From assembly GCF_030013595.1 (NCBI RefSeq), contig NZ_CP122768.1: a stretch of 64,000 nt of DNA; one strand, written 5' to 3'. Positions 1 through 12,586 of this stretch are shown here, piece by piece. The translations under genes were made by a program, and so were the position numbers. Under the pieces are notes generated by a model. The model was not told the origin of the DNA and did no database searches. It was given only the letters and a program-made list of their open reading frames with translations. This DNA comes from Escherichia coli. Its GTDB lineage: Bacteria > Pseudomonadota > Gammaproteobacteria > Enterobacterales > Enterobacteriaceae. Position 1 is the first letter of the stretch, and each line of letters opens with the position of its first letter.

Positions 1-424
1 ATCACTCTCCGGTGCCGGAGGGTGGCTTGGTACGGTCGGCGGATGGATTTCGGGGGCAGTGGCAAACGCAAAAGGTGGTGTTTACACATCGGCAAATCTG
101 AGTGCTTACAGTAACACTATTGTGGATACACCGACGTATTTTGCTTTTGCGAAAGGTGCCGGGCTGATGGGTGAGGCCGGGCCTGAAGCAATCATGCCAC
201 TGACACGGGCAGCGGACGGCTCTCTTGGGGTCAGGGCCATTGGAAATGTGAATGGTGGCGGTGGATTTGTTTATTCTCCCGTGTATCACATCAGCATTCA
301 GAATCAAGGGAGCAATGGCGAGATAGATGCGCGCTCAGCCAGGGGACTGGTGGATCTGATCGACAGCAGGGTTGTGTCAATTATGCAGTCATCGCGTCGG
401 GATGGAGGATTGTACAGTGCCTGA
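1..424 (+). CDS. H: Tail tape measure protein, C-terminal fragment (lambda H-like); 5' end outside window
   Basis: Open frame runs from window edge (frame of pos 2) to TGA at 422-424; position immediately upstream of M/L/K/I/J as in lambda. Confidence 0.6.
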   Translation, partial: SLSGAGGWLGTVGGWISGAVANAKGGVYTSANLSAYSNTIVDTPTYFAFAKGAGLMGEAGPEAIMPLTRAADGSLGVRAIGNVNGGGGFVYSPVYHISIQNQGSNGEIDARSARGLVDLIDSRVVSIMQSSRRDGGLYSA

Positions 425-758
425 GCCTGAAGTTTTTAACTGGATCCCCCGTGAGGGGATGGAGACGACACGAAAGCCATCAGTTATTACGGTAAAGTTT
501 GGTGACGGATATGAACAGCGACGGGCTGGTGGCCTGAATGCGGATCTGAAAACGTTTAAACCGGTATTTCGTGTCACAGATGAATATTCCCGTGCCGCGC
601 TGGACAGTTTTTTATCCCGTCATGCCGGGATTCGTGCTTTTTTGTGGCGTCCGCCAAAACACAACAGGACTGTCCGGGTTGTCTGCAGGGAGTGGAGCAT
701 TTCGGATAATGCCATGTATACCGATTTTAACTGTACCTTTGAAGAGGTCACTCACTGA
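417..758 (+). CDS. M: Minor tail protein M
   Basis: Translation contains the FGDGYxQR...GLNAxLKT...FLWxPP pattern of lambda M; GTG at 417 preceded by GGAGGA (404-409) at ideal spacing, so likely start rather than ORF-track start 372. Confidence 0.7.
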   Translation: MPEPEVFNWIPREGMETTRKPSVITVKFGDGYEQRRAGGLNADLKTFKPVFRVTDEYSRAALDSFLSRHAGIRAFLWRPPKHNRTVRVVCREWSISDNAMYTDFNCTFEEVTH

Positions 759-1456
759 TGCAGGGTATACAGCAGGAAACACTCAATGAGTGCACTAAAA
801 CGGAGCAATCCGCGCTGGTCGTGCTCTGGGAAATTGATCTGACAGAGGTCGGCGGAGAACGTTATTTCTTCTGTAATGAGCAGAACGAAAAAGGTGAACC
901 AGTCACCTGGCAGGGGCGGCAGTATCAGGCTTATCCCATTCAGGGAAGCGGATTTGAGATGAACGGCAAAGGAGCCAGTGCAAGGCCAACGCTTAAAGTC
1001 TCTAATCTGTACGGCATGGTCACCGGGATGGCGGAAGATTTGCAGAGTCTGGTCGGCGGAACGGTGGTCCGGCGTAAGGTTTACGCCCGTTTTCTGGATG
1101 CGGTGAACTTCGTCAACGGAAACAGCGAAGCCGATCCGGAGCAGGAGATTATCAGCCGCTGGCGCATCGAGCAGTGTAGCAATTTAACAGCGGTAAGTGC
1201 CTCCTTTGTACTGTCCACGCCGACGGAAACGGATGGCGCTGTTTTTCCGGGACGTATCATGCTGGCCAACACCTGCACCTGGACCTATCGCGGTGATGAG
1301 TGCGGTTATCACGGTCCGGCGGTCGCGGATGAATATGACCAGCCGACGTCCGATATCACGAAGGATAAATGCAGCAAATGCCTGAGCGGTTGTAAGTTCC
1401 GCAATAACGTCGGCAACTTTGGTGGCTTCCTTTCCATTAACAAACTTTCGCAGTAA
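758..1456 (+). CDS. L: Minor tail protein L
   Basis: 232 aa, near-identical in length and sequence to lambda L as recalled (MQ..QETLNEC...CSKCLSGCKFRNNVGNFGGFLSINKLSQ); start overlaps M stop (TGATG). Confidence 0.9.
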   Translation: MQGIQQETLNECTKTEQSALVVLWEIDLTEVGGERYFFCNEQNEKGEPVTWQGRQYQAYPIQGSGFEMNGKGASARPTLKVSNLYGMVTGMAEDLQSLVGGTVVRRKVYARFLDAVNFVNGNSEADPEQEIISRWRIEQCSNLTAVSASFVLSTPTETDGAVFPGRIMLANTCTWTYRGDECGYHGPAVADEYDQPTSDITKDKCSKCLSGCKFRNNVGNFGGFLSINKLSQ

Positions 1457-1461
1457 ATCCC

Positions 1462-2205
1462 ATGACACAGACAGAATCAGCGATTCTGGCGCACGCCCGG
1501 CGATGTGCGCCAGCGGAGTCGTGCGGCTTCGTGGTAAGCACGCCGGAGGGGGAAAGATATTTCCCCTGCGTGAATATCTCCGGTGAGCCGGAGGCGTATT
1601 TCCGTATGTCGCCGGAAGACTGGCTGCAGGCAGAAATGCAGGGTGAGATTGTGGCGCTGGTCCACAGCCACCCCGGTGGTCTGCCCTGGCTGAGTGAGGC
1701 CGACCGGCGGCTGCAGGTGCAGAGTGATTTGCCGTGGTGGCTGGTTTGCCGGGGGGCGATTCACAAGTTCCGCTGTGTGCCACATCTTTCCGGGCGGCGC
1801 TTTGAGCACGGGGTGACGGACTGTTACACGCTGTTCCGGGATGCTTACCATCTGGCGGGGATTGAGATGCCGGATTTTCATCGCGAGGATGACTGGTGGC
1901 GTCACGGTCAGAATCTCTATCTGGATAATCTGGAGGCCACAGGGCTGTATCAGGTGCCGTTGTCAGCGGCGCAGCCGGGCGATGTGCTGCTGTGCTGTTT
2001 TGGTTCATCGGTGCCGAATCATGCCGCCATTTACTGTGGTGACAGCGAGCTGCTGCACCATATTCCTGAACAACTGAGCAAACGAGAGAGGTACACCGAC
2101 AAATGGCAGCGACGCACACACTCCCTCTGGCGTCACCGGGCATGGCACGCATCTGCCTTTACGGGGATTTGCAACGATTTGGCCGCCGCATCGACCTTCG
2201 AGTGA
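1462..2205 (+). CDS. K: Tail tip assembly protein K (JAMM/MPN plus NlpC/P60 domains)
   Basis: Lambda K-like sequence; JAMM motif HSHPGGLPWLSEAD (HxHx7Sx2D) and NlpC/P60-type Cys (GVTDCYTLF) and His (NHAAIY) visible; 3' end overlaps I. Confidence 0.85.
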   Translation: MTQTESAILAHARRCAPAESCGFVVSTPEGERYFPCVNISGEPEAYFRMSPEDWLQAEMQGEIVALVHSHPGGLPWLSEADRRLQVQSDLPWWLVCRGAIHKFRCVPHLSGRRFEHGVTDCYTLFRDAYHLAGIEMPDFHREDDWWRHGQNLYLDNLEATGLYQVPLSAAQPGDVLLCCFGSSVPNHAAIYCGDSELLHHIPEQLSKRERYTDKWQRRTHSLWRHRAWHASAFTGICNDLAAASTFE

Positions 2206-2750
2206 AAACGGGGTCCGAAGCCATCCGGGCGCTGGCCATGCAGAACCCGGCGTTTCGTCAGAAACTGAGCGACGGCTGGTACCAGGTACGCATTGCCGGG
2301 CGTGATGCAGGTGAAACCGAATTGTCTGCCCGTCTTAATGAGCCGCTGGCAAATGGTGCCGTGATCCACATCGTGCCGCGTCTGGCGGGAGCTAAAAGTG
2401 GCGGTGTTTTTCAGGCAGTGCTGGGTGCGGCGCTGATTGCGGTGGCATGGTGGAACCCTGTGGGCTGGCTGGGTGCCGCGGCTGTATCGGGCATGTATGC
2501 GGCAGGGGCCAGTATGATCCTGGGCGGTGTTGCACAGATGCTGGCCCCTAAACCCAAAACTCCCCGCACACAGACAACGGATAACGGCAAACAGAACACC
2601 TATTTTTCTTCACTGGATAATATGGTTGCCCAGGGCAATGTTCTGCCCGTTCTGTACGGTGAAATGCGCGTGGGATCACGTGTGGTATCTCAGGAGATCA
2701 GCACAGCAGATGAAGGTGATGGTGGTCAGGTTGTGGTGATTGGTCGCTGA
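2103..2750 (+). CDS. I: Tail assembly protein I
   Basis: N-terminus MAATHTLPLASPGMARICLYGDLQRFGRRIDLRVKTG and C-terminus ...VVSQEISTADEGDGGQVVVIGR match lambda I as recalled; overlaps K 3' end. Confidence 0.85.
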   Translation: MAATHTLPLASPGMARICLYGDLQRFGRRIDLRVKTGSEAIRALAMQNPAFRQKLSDGWYQVRIAGRDAGETELSARLNEPLANGAVIHIVPRLAGAKSGGVFQAVLGAALIAVAWWNPVGWLGAAAVSGMYAAGASMILGGVAQMLAPKPKTPRTQTTDNGKQNTYFSSLDNMVAQGNVLPVLYGEMRVGSRVVSQEISTADEGDGGQVVVIGR

Positions 2751-2770
2751 TGCAAAATGTTTTATGTGAA

Positions 2771-2796
2771 ACCGCCTGCGGGCGGTTTTGTCGTTT
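2771..2796 (+). terminator. Hairpin plus T-tract (ACCGCC-TGCG-GGCGGT-TTTGTCGTTT) between I and J; terminator-like element inside the late tail operon
   Basis: Inverted repeat followed by T-rich run read directly from sequence. Confidence 0.3.
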
Positions 2797-2807
2797 CTGG
2801 AGCGTGA

Positions 2808-6209
<3,402 letters not shown>

Positions 6210-6227
6210 ATTTTATAATCCATAACG

Positions 6228-6251
6228 GGCGTCAGAAATGACGCCTTTTTT
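6228..6251 (+). terminator. Intrinsic terminator downstream of J (GGCGTCA-GAAA-TGACGCC + T6)
   Basis: Perfect 7-bp stem, 4-nt loop, followed by TTTTTT. Confidence 0.55.
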
Positions 6252-6275
6252 ATTGCAGAAAAGCGAGAGGTAATT

Positions 6276-6875
6276 ATGCGTAAACTTTATGCCGCCATTT
6301 TGTCCGCAGCCATTTGTCTGGCCGTATCCGGTGCGCCTGCATGGGCGTCTGAGCAGCAGGCCACGCTGAGCGTGGGGTATCTTCATGCCCGGACGAACGT
6401 TCCCGGCAGTGATGATCTGAACGGGATTAACGTGAAATACCGTTATGAGTTTACGGACACACTGGGGATGGTGACGTCATTCAGCTATGCAGGAGACAAG
6501 AATCGCCAGCTGACCCATTACAGCGATACCCGCTGGCATGAAGATTCCGTTCGTAACCGCTGGTTCAGCGTAATGGCGGGGCCGTCTGTGCGCGTGAATG
6601 AATGGTTCAGCGCGTATGCGATGGCGGGTGTGGCTTACAGCCGTGTGTCGACTTTCTCCGGGGATTATCTCCGCGTAACTGACAACAAGGGGAAAACGCA
6701 CGACGTGCTGACCGGAAGTGATGACGGTCGCCACAGCAACACGTCTCTGGCGTGGGGAGCTGGCGTGCAGTTTAACCCGACCGAATCCGTGGCCATTGAT
6801 ATTGCTTATGAAGGCTCCGGCAGTGGCGACTGGCGCACTGACGGTTTCATCGTGGGTGTCGGTTATAAGTTCTGA
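6276..6875 (+). CDS. lom: Outer membrane protein Lom (Ail/Lom/PagC family beta-barrel), prophage moron
   Basis: 199 aa with signal peptide (MRKLYAAILSAAICLAVSGAPAWA) and C-terminal ...GFIVGVGYKF; matches lambda Lom as recalled; flanked by terminators. Confidence 0.85.
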   Translation: MRKLYAAILSAAICLAVSGAPAWASEQQATLSVGYLHARTNVPGSDDLNGINVKYRYEFTDTLGMVTSFSYAGDKNRQLTHYSDTRWHEDSVRNRWFSVMAGPSVRVNEWFSAYAMAGVAYSRVSTFSGDYLRVTDNKGKTHDVLTGSDDGRHSNTSLAWGAGVQFNPTESVAIDIAYEGSGSGDWRTDGFIVGVGYKF

Positions 6876-6901
6876 TTAGCCAGGTAACACAGTGTTATGA
6901 C

Positions 6902-6929
6902 AGCCCGCCGGTTCAGGCGGGCTTTTTTG
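6902..6929 (+). terminator. Intrinsic terminator downstream of lom (AGCCCGCC-GGTTCA-GGCGGGCT + T6)
   Basis: 8-bp perfect stem followed by TTTTTTGT. Confidence 0.55.
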
Positions 6930-6939
6930 TGGGGTGAAT

Positions 6940-9900
6940 ATGGCAGTAAAGATTTCAGGTGTACTGAAAGACGGCACAGGAAAACCGGTACAGAACTGCA
7001 CAATCCAGCTGAAAGCAAAACGTAACAGCACCACGGTGGTGGTGAACACGCTGGCCTCAGAAAATCCGGATGAAGCCGGGCGTTACAGCATGGACGTTGA
7101 GTACGGTCAGTACAGCGTTATTCTGTTGGTGGAAGGATTCCCGCCGTCACATGCCGGGACCATCACCGTGTATGAAGATTCCCGACCCGGTACGCTGAAT
7201 GATTTTCTCGGTGCCATGACGGAGGATGATGCCCGTCCGGAGGCACTGCGCCGTTTTGAACTGATGGTGGAAGAGGTGGCGCGTAACGCGTCCGCGGTGG
7301 CACAGAACACGGCAGCCGCGAAGAAGTCAGCCAGCGATGCCGGCACATCAGCCCGTGAGGCGGCAACCCATGCGACTGATGCTGCAGGCTCAGCACGCGC
7401 AGCCAGCACGTCAGCCGGACAGGCCGCGTCGTCGGCTCAGTCAGCGTCTTCCAGCGCAGGAACGGCATCAACAAAGGCCACTGAAGCGGAAAAAAGTGCT
7501 GCCGCTGCAGAGTCCTCAAAAAGCGCGGCGGCCACCAGTGCCGGTGCGGCGAAAACGTCAGAAACGAATGCCGCAGCGTCACAACAATCAGCAGCCACTT
7601 CTGCATCCACCGCGACTACGAAAGCGTCAGAAGCTGCCACCTCAGCCCGGGATGCGGCGGCCTCAAAAGAGGCAGCGAAATCATCAGAAACGAACGCATC
7701 CTCGAGCGCCAGTAGCGCAGCTTCCTCGGCAACGGCGGCAGGAAATTCCGCGAAGGCGGCAAAAACGTCAGAGACGAACGCCAGGTCTTCTGAAACGGCA
7801 GCGGGACAGAGCGCCTCGGCTGCGGCAGGCTCAAAAACAGCGGCTGCATCATCTGCCAGTGCAGCGTCAACAAGTGCCGGGCAGGCCTCAGCCAGTGCCA
7901 CCGCCGCCGGAAAATCGGCAGAAAGCGCCGCATCGTCTGCTTCAACAGCCACAACGAAGGCTGGCGAAGCCACTGAACAGGCCAGCGCAGCAGCGAGGTC
8001 TGCTTCCGCAGCGAAGACATCCGAAACGAACGCGAAAGCGTCGGAAACCAGCGCAGAATCCTCAAAAACGGCAGCCGCATCGTCCGCCAGTTCGGCAGTG
8101 TCATCGGCATCATCTGCGTCTGCTTCAAAAGATGAGGCGACCAGACAGGCGTCAGCAGCGAAGGGCAGCGCCACGACGGCATCCACGAAGGCGACAGAGG
8201 CAGCTGGCAGTGCGAGGGCAGCAGCTCAGAGCAAAAGTACGGCGGAATCTGCAGCAACGCGCGCTGAGACAGCGGCAAAACGGGCAGAGGATATTGCATC
8301 CGCCGTGGCGCTTGAGGATGCGAGCACGACGAAAAAGGGGATAGTACAGCTCAGCAGTGCGACCAACAGTACGTCTGAAACGCTGGCGGCAACGCCAAAG
8401 GCAGTAAAATCAGCCTATGACAATGCAGAGAAACGTCTGCAGAAAGACCAGAACGGCGCTGATATACCCGATAAGGGACGCTTCCTGAACAACATTAACG
8501 CGGTCAGTAAAACAGACTTTGCTGATAAGCGTGGTATGCGTTATGTGCGGGTTAACGCTCCTGCAGGTGCAACATCTGGAAAATATTACCCTGTTGTTGT
8601 TATGCGTTCTGCTGGCTCAGTAAGCGAACTGGCATCAAGGGTCATTATCACCACGGCAACGCGAACCGCAGGCGATCCGATGAATAACTGCGAGTTTAAC
8701 GGGTTTGTTATGCCTGGTGGCTGGACTGACAGGGGGCGTTATGCTTATGGAATGTTCTGGCAATATCAAAACAATGAACGAGCCATCCACTCAATAATGA
8801 TGAGTAATAAGGGCGATGATTTGCGCTCTGTGTTCTATGTTGATGGTGCTGCTTTCCCTGTTTTTGCGTTTATTGAAGATGGCCTGTCAATATCCGCACC
8901 TGGTGCTGATCTCGTTGTTAATGATACGACCTATAAGTTTGGGGCAACAAATCCAGCGACGGAATGTATCGCGGCGGACGTTATCCTTGATTTTAAGAGT
9001 GGCCGTGGTTTTTATGAGTCCCATTCGTTAATCGTTAACGATAACTTGTCGTGCAAAAAACTTTTTGCCACAGACGAAATTGTAGCGCGTGGTGGTAATC
9101 AGATTCGAATGATAGGTGGGGAGTATGGTGCATTATGGCGTAATGATGGCGCTAAAACTTACCTGCTGCTTACCAATCAAGGTGATGTTTATGGTGGCTG
9201 GAATACATTAAGACCGTTTGCTATTGATAACGCAACCGGCGAACTGGTTATTGGAACCAAACTGTCCGCAAGTCTGAACGGTAATGCATTAACAGCAACA
9301 AAGCTGCAAACGCCAAGACTGGTTTCTGGGGTTGAGTTTGATGGTTCCAGAGATATTACTTTAACCGCTGCGCATGTTGCTGCTTTTGCCAGAAGAGCAA
9401 CGGATACGTATGCCGATGCGGATGGGGGCGTTCCCTGGAATGCCGAATCAGGCGCTTACAATGTCACCCGCTCTGGCAACAGCTATATTCTGGTTAACTT
9501 CTATACCGGAGTCGGAAGTTGCCGGACATTGCAGATGAAGGCGCATTACAGAAATGGAGGTCTGTTCTACCGTTCCTCAAGAGATGGCTATGGTTTTGAG
9601 GAAGACTGGGCAGAAGTTTATACCTCGAAAAATCTTCCACCAGAAAGCTACCCAGTCGGCGCACCAATCCCGTGGCCATCAGATACCGTTCCGTCTGGTT
9701 ATGCCCTGATGCAGGGGCAGACTTTTGACAAATCTGCTTACCCGAAACTTGCAGCCGCTTATCCGTCAGGCGTGATCCCTGATATGCGTGGCTGGACGAT
9801 TAAGGGCAAACCTGCCAGTGGTCGGGCCGTATTGTCTCAGGAACAGGACGGCATTAAATCGCACACCCACAGCGCCAGCGTATCCAGTACGGATTTGGGG

Positions 9901-10293
9901 ACGAAAACCACATCGTCGTTTGATTACGGCACTAAATCCACGAATAACACCGGGGCGCATACGCACAGTGTGAGCGGTACAGCCGCAAGTGCCGGAAACC
10001 ATACTCATAGTGTCACAGGCGCATCAGCAGTCAGCCAGTGGTCACAAAATGGGTCAGTACATAAGGTAGTGTCTGCGGCCAGTGTGAATACAAGTGCTGC
10101 AGGAGCACACACTCATAGTGTCAGCGGCACAGCTGCATCTGCAGGTGCTCACGCACATACTGTCGGTATTGGTGCTCATACGCACTCTGTTGCGATTGGC
10201 TCACATGGACACACTATCACCGTTAACGCTGCTGGTAACGCGGAAAACACCGTCAAAAACATCGCATTTAACTACATTGTGAGGCTTGCATAA
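6940..10293 (+). CDS. stf: Side tail fibre protein (Stf family), ~1117 aa
   Basis: N-terminus [24 protein letters not shown] and C-terminus ...[31 protein letters not shown] match lambda Stf as recalled; ATG at 6940 rather than ORF-track GTG at 6934; contains A/S/T-rich repeat block and HxH repeats. Confidence 0.85.
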   Translation: MAVKISGVLKDGTGKPVQNCTIQLKAKRNSTTVVVNTLASENPDEAGRYSMDVEYGQYSVILLVEGFPPSHAGTITVYEDSRPGTLNDFLGAMTEDDARPEALRRFELMVEEVARNASAVAQNTAAAKKSASDAGTSAREAATHATDAAGSARAASTSAGQAASSAQSASSSAGTASTKATEAEKSAAAAESSKSAAATSAGAAKTSETNAAASQQSAATSASTATTKASEAATSARDAAASKEAAKSSETNASSSASSAASSATAAGNSAKAAKTSETNARSSETAAGQSASAAAGSKTAAASSASAASTSAGQASASATAAGKSAESAASSASTATTKAGEATEQASAAARSASAAKTSETNAKASETSAESSKTAAASSASSAVSSASSASASKDEATRQASAAKGSATTASTKATEAAGSARAAAQSKSTAESAATRAETAAKRAEDIASAVALEDASTTKKGIVQLSSATNSTSETLAATPKAVKSAYDNAEKRLQKDQNGADIPDKGRFLNNINAVSKTDFADKRGMRYVRVNAPAGATSGKYYPVVVMRSAGSVSELASRVIITTATRTAGDPMNNCEFNGFVMPGGWTDRGRYAYGMFWQYQNNERAIHSIMMSNKGDDLRSVFYVDGAAFPVFAFIEDGLSISAPGADLVVNDTTYKFGATNPATECIAADVILDFKSGRGFYESHSLIVNDNLSCKKLFATDEIVARGGNQIRMIGGEYGALWRNDGAKTYLLLTNQGDVYGGWNTLRPFAIDNATGELVIGTKLSASLNGNALTATKLQTPRLVSGVEFDGSRDITLTAAHVAAFARRATDTYADADGGVPWNAESGAYNVTRSGNSYILVNFYTGVGSCRTLQMKAHYRNGGLFYRSSRDGYGFEEDWAEVYTSKNLPPESYPVGAPIPWPSDTVPSGYALMQGQTFDKSAYPKLAAAYPSGVIPDMRGWTIKGKPASGRAVLSQEQDGIKSHTHSASVSSTDLGTKTTSSFDYGTKSTNNTGAHTHSVSGTAASAGNHTHSVTGASAVSQWSQNGSVHKVVSAASVNTSAAGAHTHSVSGTAASAGAHAHTVGIGAHTHSVAIGSHGHTITVNAAGNAENTVKNIAFNYIVRLA
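7261..8341 (+). repeat. Degenerate tandem coding repeat (Ala/Ser/Thr-rich, recurring AAKTSETNA / SAAxSASxATTKAxEA units) inside stf
   Basis: Motif KTSETNA or KSSETNA recurs at least four times in the translated ORF; low-complexity A/S/T composition over ~360 aa. Confidence 0.6.
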
Positions 10294-10877
10294 TGGCATT
10301 CAGAATGAGTGAACAACCACGGACCATAAAAATTTATAATCTGCTGGCCGGAACTAATGAATTTATTGGTGAAGGTGATGCATATATTCCGCCTCATACA
10401 GGTCTGCCAGCAAACAGTACCGATATTGCACCGCCAGATATTCCGGCTGACTTTGTGGCTGTTTTCAACAGTGATGAGGCATCGTGGCATCTCGTTGAAG
10501 ACCATCGGGGTAAAACAGTTTATGACGTGGCATCAGGGGACGCGTTATTTATTTCTGAACTCGGTCCGTTACCGGAAAATGTTACCTGGTTATCGCCGGA
10601 AGGGGAATATCAGAAGTGGAACGGCACAGCCTGGGTGAAAGATGCAGAAGCAGAAAAACTATTCCGGATCCGGGAAGCGGAAGAAACAAAAAACAGCTTG
10701 ATGCAGGTAGCCAGTGAGCATATAGCGCCGCTTCAGGATGCTGTAGATCTGGAGATCGCAACGGAGGAAGAAAACTCGTTGCTGGAAGCCTGGAAGAAGT
10801 ATCGGGTGTTGCTGAACCGTGTTGATACATCAACTGCACCTGATATTGAGTGGCCGGAAGAACCAGACACAATGTAA
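10293..10877 (+). CDS. tfa: Tail fibre assembly protein Tfa
   Basis: 194 aa; [44 protein letters not shown]... matches lambda Tfa as recalled; start overlaps stf stop. Confidence 0.9.
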   Translation: MAFRMSEQPRTIKIYNLLAGTNEFIGEGDAYIPPHTGLPANSTDIAPPDIPADFVAVFNSDEASWHLVEDHRGKTVYDVASGDALFISELGPLPENVTWLSPEGEYQKWNGTAWVKDAEAEKLFRIREAEETKNSLMQVASEHIAPLQDAVDLEIATEEENSLLEAWKKYRVLLNRVDTSTAPDIEWPEEPDTM

Positions 10878-11034
10878 GCGAAAAAGAAAAACCGCAGACA
10901 CGACGTATGCAGGACGTGCTGCGGTTGGCTGGTGAACTTTCGATAGTGCGAGTATTGAATGATTTCCAGCCGTTATTGATTTTATATAACTGTAGTGGAG
11001 TTATTCAACACACAGGCAAAACGGAATAATCTGA

Positions 11035-11073
11035 GAAAAAAGCGTGCTTCGCCAATCAGGGGGGCGAAGCACG
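11035..11073 (-). terminator. Terminator-like hairpin (CGTGCTTCGCC...GGCGAAGCACG) with T-tract on the minus strand, in the tfa-ssrA junction
   Basis: 11-bp inverted repeat preceded on + strand by A6 (T6 on minus strand after the stem). Confidence 0.4.
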
Positions 11074-11243
11074 TCTGAATGACACCTGAAAATTTCCCGT
11101 CCGTTAAGTGTCCGCCCCGAGAGAAGTGGGGAACCATAACACCCTGTCGGGACGCAGAAAGAAACAACACAACTTGCAGGGATATTTCTCGATACTGCGT
11201 CAATGGTGGGGGATGTTAAATTATTACACTTAGTTACAAATAG

Positions 11244-11277
11244 AAAAGCCTCTGACTTCATAAGCAGAGGCTTTTCT
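11244..11277. terminator. Bidirectional terminator-like hairpin (AAAAGCCTCTG-loop-CAGAGGCTTTT) in the tfa-ssrA junction
   Basis: 11-bp inverted repeat flanked by A-run upstream and T-run downstream. Confidence 0.4.
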
Positions 11278-11395
11278 TAAATGCGCGTGCATTTTGCGTG
11301 TATATTTTTGTCTTTTTCTGGTCCGCTCACTGTCTGGTCAGTGTCCATAAGTGACTGTTTTTATAGTCTCTGTCTGGTTGTGGTCCTGTCAAAAG

Positions 11396-11758
11396 TGGTG
11401 GAGCTGGCGGGAGTTGAACCCGCGTCCGAAATTCCTACGTCCTCGGTACTACATGCTTAGTCAGTCTTTACATTCGCTTGCCAGCTGCGGACGGACACGC
11501 CACTAACAAACTAGCCTGATTAAGTTTTAACGCTTCAACCCCAGGCAGGGCTTCCACGCGATCTCTTTTGGGTTTGACCTCTCTTGATCCCCGTCCTAAG
11601 AGCGGAGGCTAGGGAGAGAGGGCTCTAAGCAGGTTATTAAGCTGCTAAAGCGTAGTTTTCGTCGTTTGCGACTATTTTTTGCGGCTTTTTACGAGGCCAA
11701 CCGCCCCTCGGCATGCACCTTGGGTTTCGCAAATCCCGTCGAATCCAGAATCAGCCCC
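11396..11758 (-). ncRNA. ssrA: tmRNA (SsrA, transfer-messenger RNA), 363 nt
   Basis: Reverse complement reads GGGGCTGATTCTGGATTCGACGGGATTTGCGAAACCCAAGGTGCATGCC...GGTTCAACTCCCGCCAGCTCCACCA, i.e. full-length E. coli tmRNA including encoded CCA. Confidence 0.95.
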
Positions 11759-11972
11759 AATGTGTAACGGTAAGTATACCAGATTCATGAGTGCCATGAC
11801 CAGCCTCAATGGCGTTATCGTTAAAGATTTAGCACCCATGTAGCCTGATTTTTATTCGATTAAGCAATGGGATGGCAACATTTGTGTCGGATGTGATAGC
11901 CAATAAGATGTTCATTCGCGCCGCCGGAGAGGGAGGCGCGGTGAGGAACTGGTCAATAATTGGAGTGCAGGT

Positions 11973-12455
11973 TTAACGGTGGGCGTTTTTCATGATACGC
12001 GCTTTATCCACCTGCCATTCGCGCTCTTTGATATCTGAACGTTTATCGTGCTGTTTCTTACCTTTGGCGACGCCGATTTTCACTTTGCACCAGGCATTTT
12101 TCCAGTACAGGGAGAGCGCCACTACGGTATAGCCTTCTCGATTGACGCGACCGTACAATGAGTCCAGTTCGCGCTGGTTGAGAAGTAACTTGCGGGTACG
12201 GGTAGGATCGCACACCACATGCGTGGAGGCCACAGCCATTGGCGTGATGTTAGCGCCAAACAGAAATGCCTCTCCGTCACGCAGAAGGACGTAGCTGTCG
12301 CTGATATTGGCTTTTCCTGCGCGCAGGGATTTAACCTCCCAGCCTTGCAGGGCAAGTCCCGCCTCGAACTCTTCTTCGATAAAGTATTCGTGCCGGGCGC
12401 GCTTGTTAAGCGCGATGGTCGCTGAACCAGGTTTATGTGCTTTTTTCTTCGTCAT
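11973..12455 (-). CDS. smpB: SsrA-binding protein SmpB
   Basis: 160 aa, [45 protein letters not shown]...; adjacent to and co-oriented with ssrA. Confidence 0.95.
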
Positions 12456-12586
12456 AAGCGTCGTGAATCATCGGTAATCTGAAATCGAAAACACCCCATA
12501 TCAATCCTGCGGGGGACAAGGCTCTATCTTAGCATGAACCCGATGTTACCCAGCGCCGGGATAGCGTTTTTTTTACAGCAGGATAA

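Noticed and set aside
1184-2152. 322-aa minus-strand ORF
   Set aside because: Antisense to lambda-like L and K genes; Pro/Ala/Arg-rich translation without recognisable motifs; ORF-track start may be non-ATG
7337-8344. 335-aa plus-strand ORF, extremely Arg/Gln/Pro-rich, and minus-strand ORFs 7163-7606, 7437-8186, 7616-8299
   Set aside because: All are alternative frames of the Ala/Ser/Thr-rich repeat in stf; the repeat lacks stop codons in several frames and the translations are low-complexity artefacts
10982-11261. Overlapping minus-strand ORFs of 73 and 86 aa in the tfa-ssrA junction
   Set aside because: No ribosome-binding site context, mutual overlap, no recognisable motif; the region is better explained as non-coding junction with terminator hairpins
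11396-11758. Possibility that ssrA is truncated or interrupted by the prophage
   Set aside because: The tmRNA sequence is full length (363 nt) with intact 5' GGGGCUG and 3' ...CUCCACCA ends, so the gene is intact on this side of the prophage
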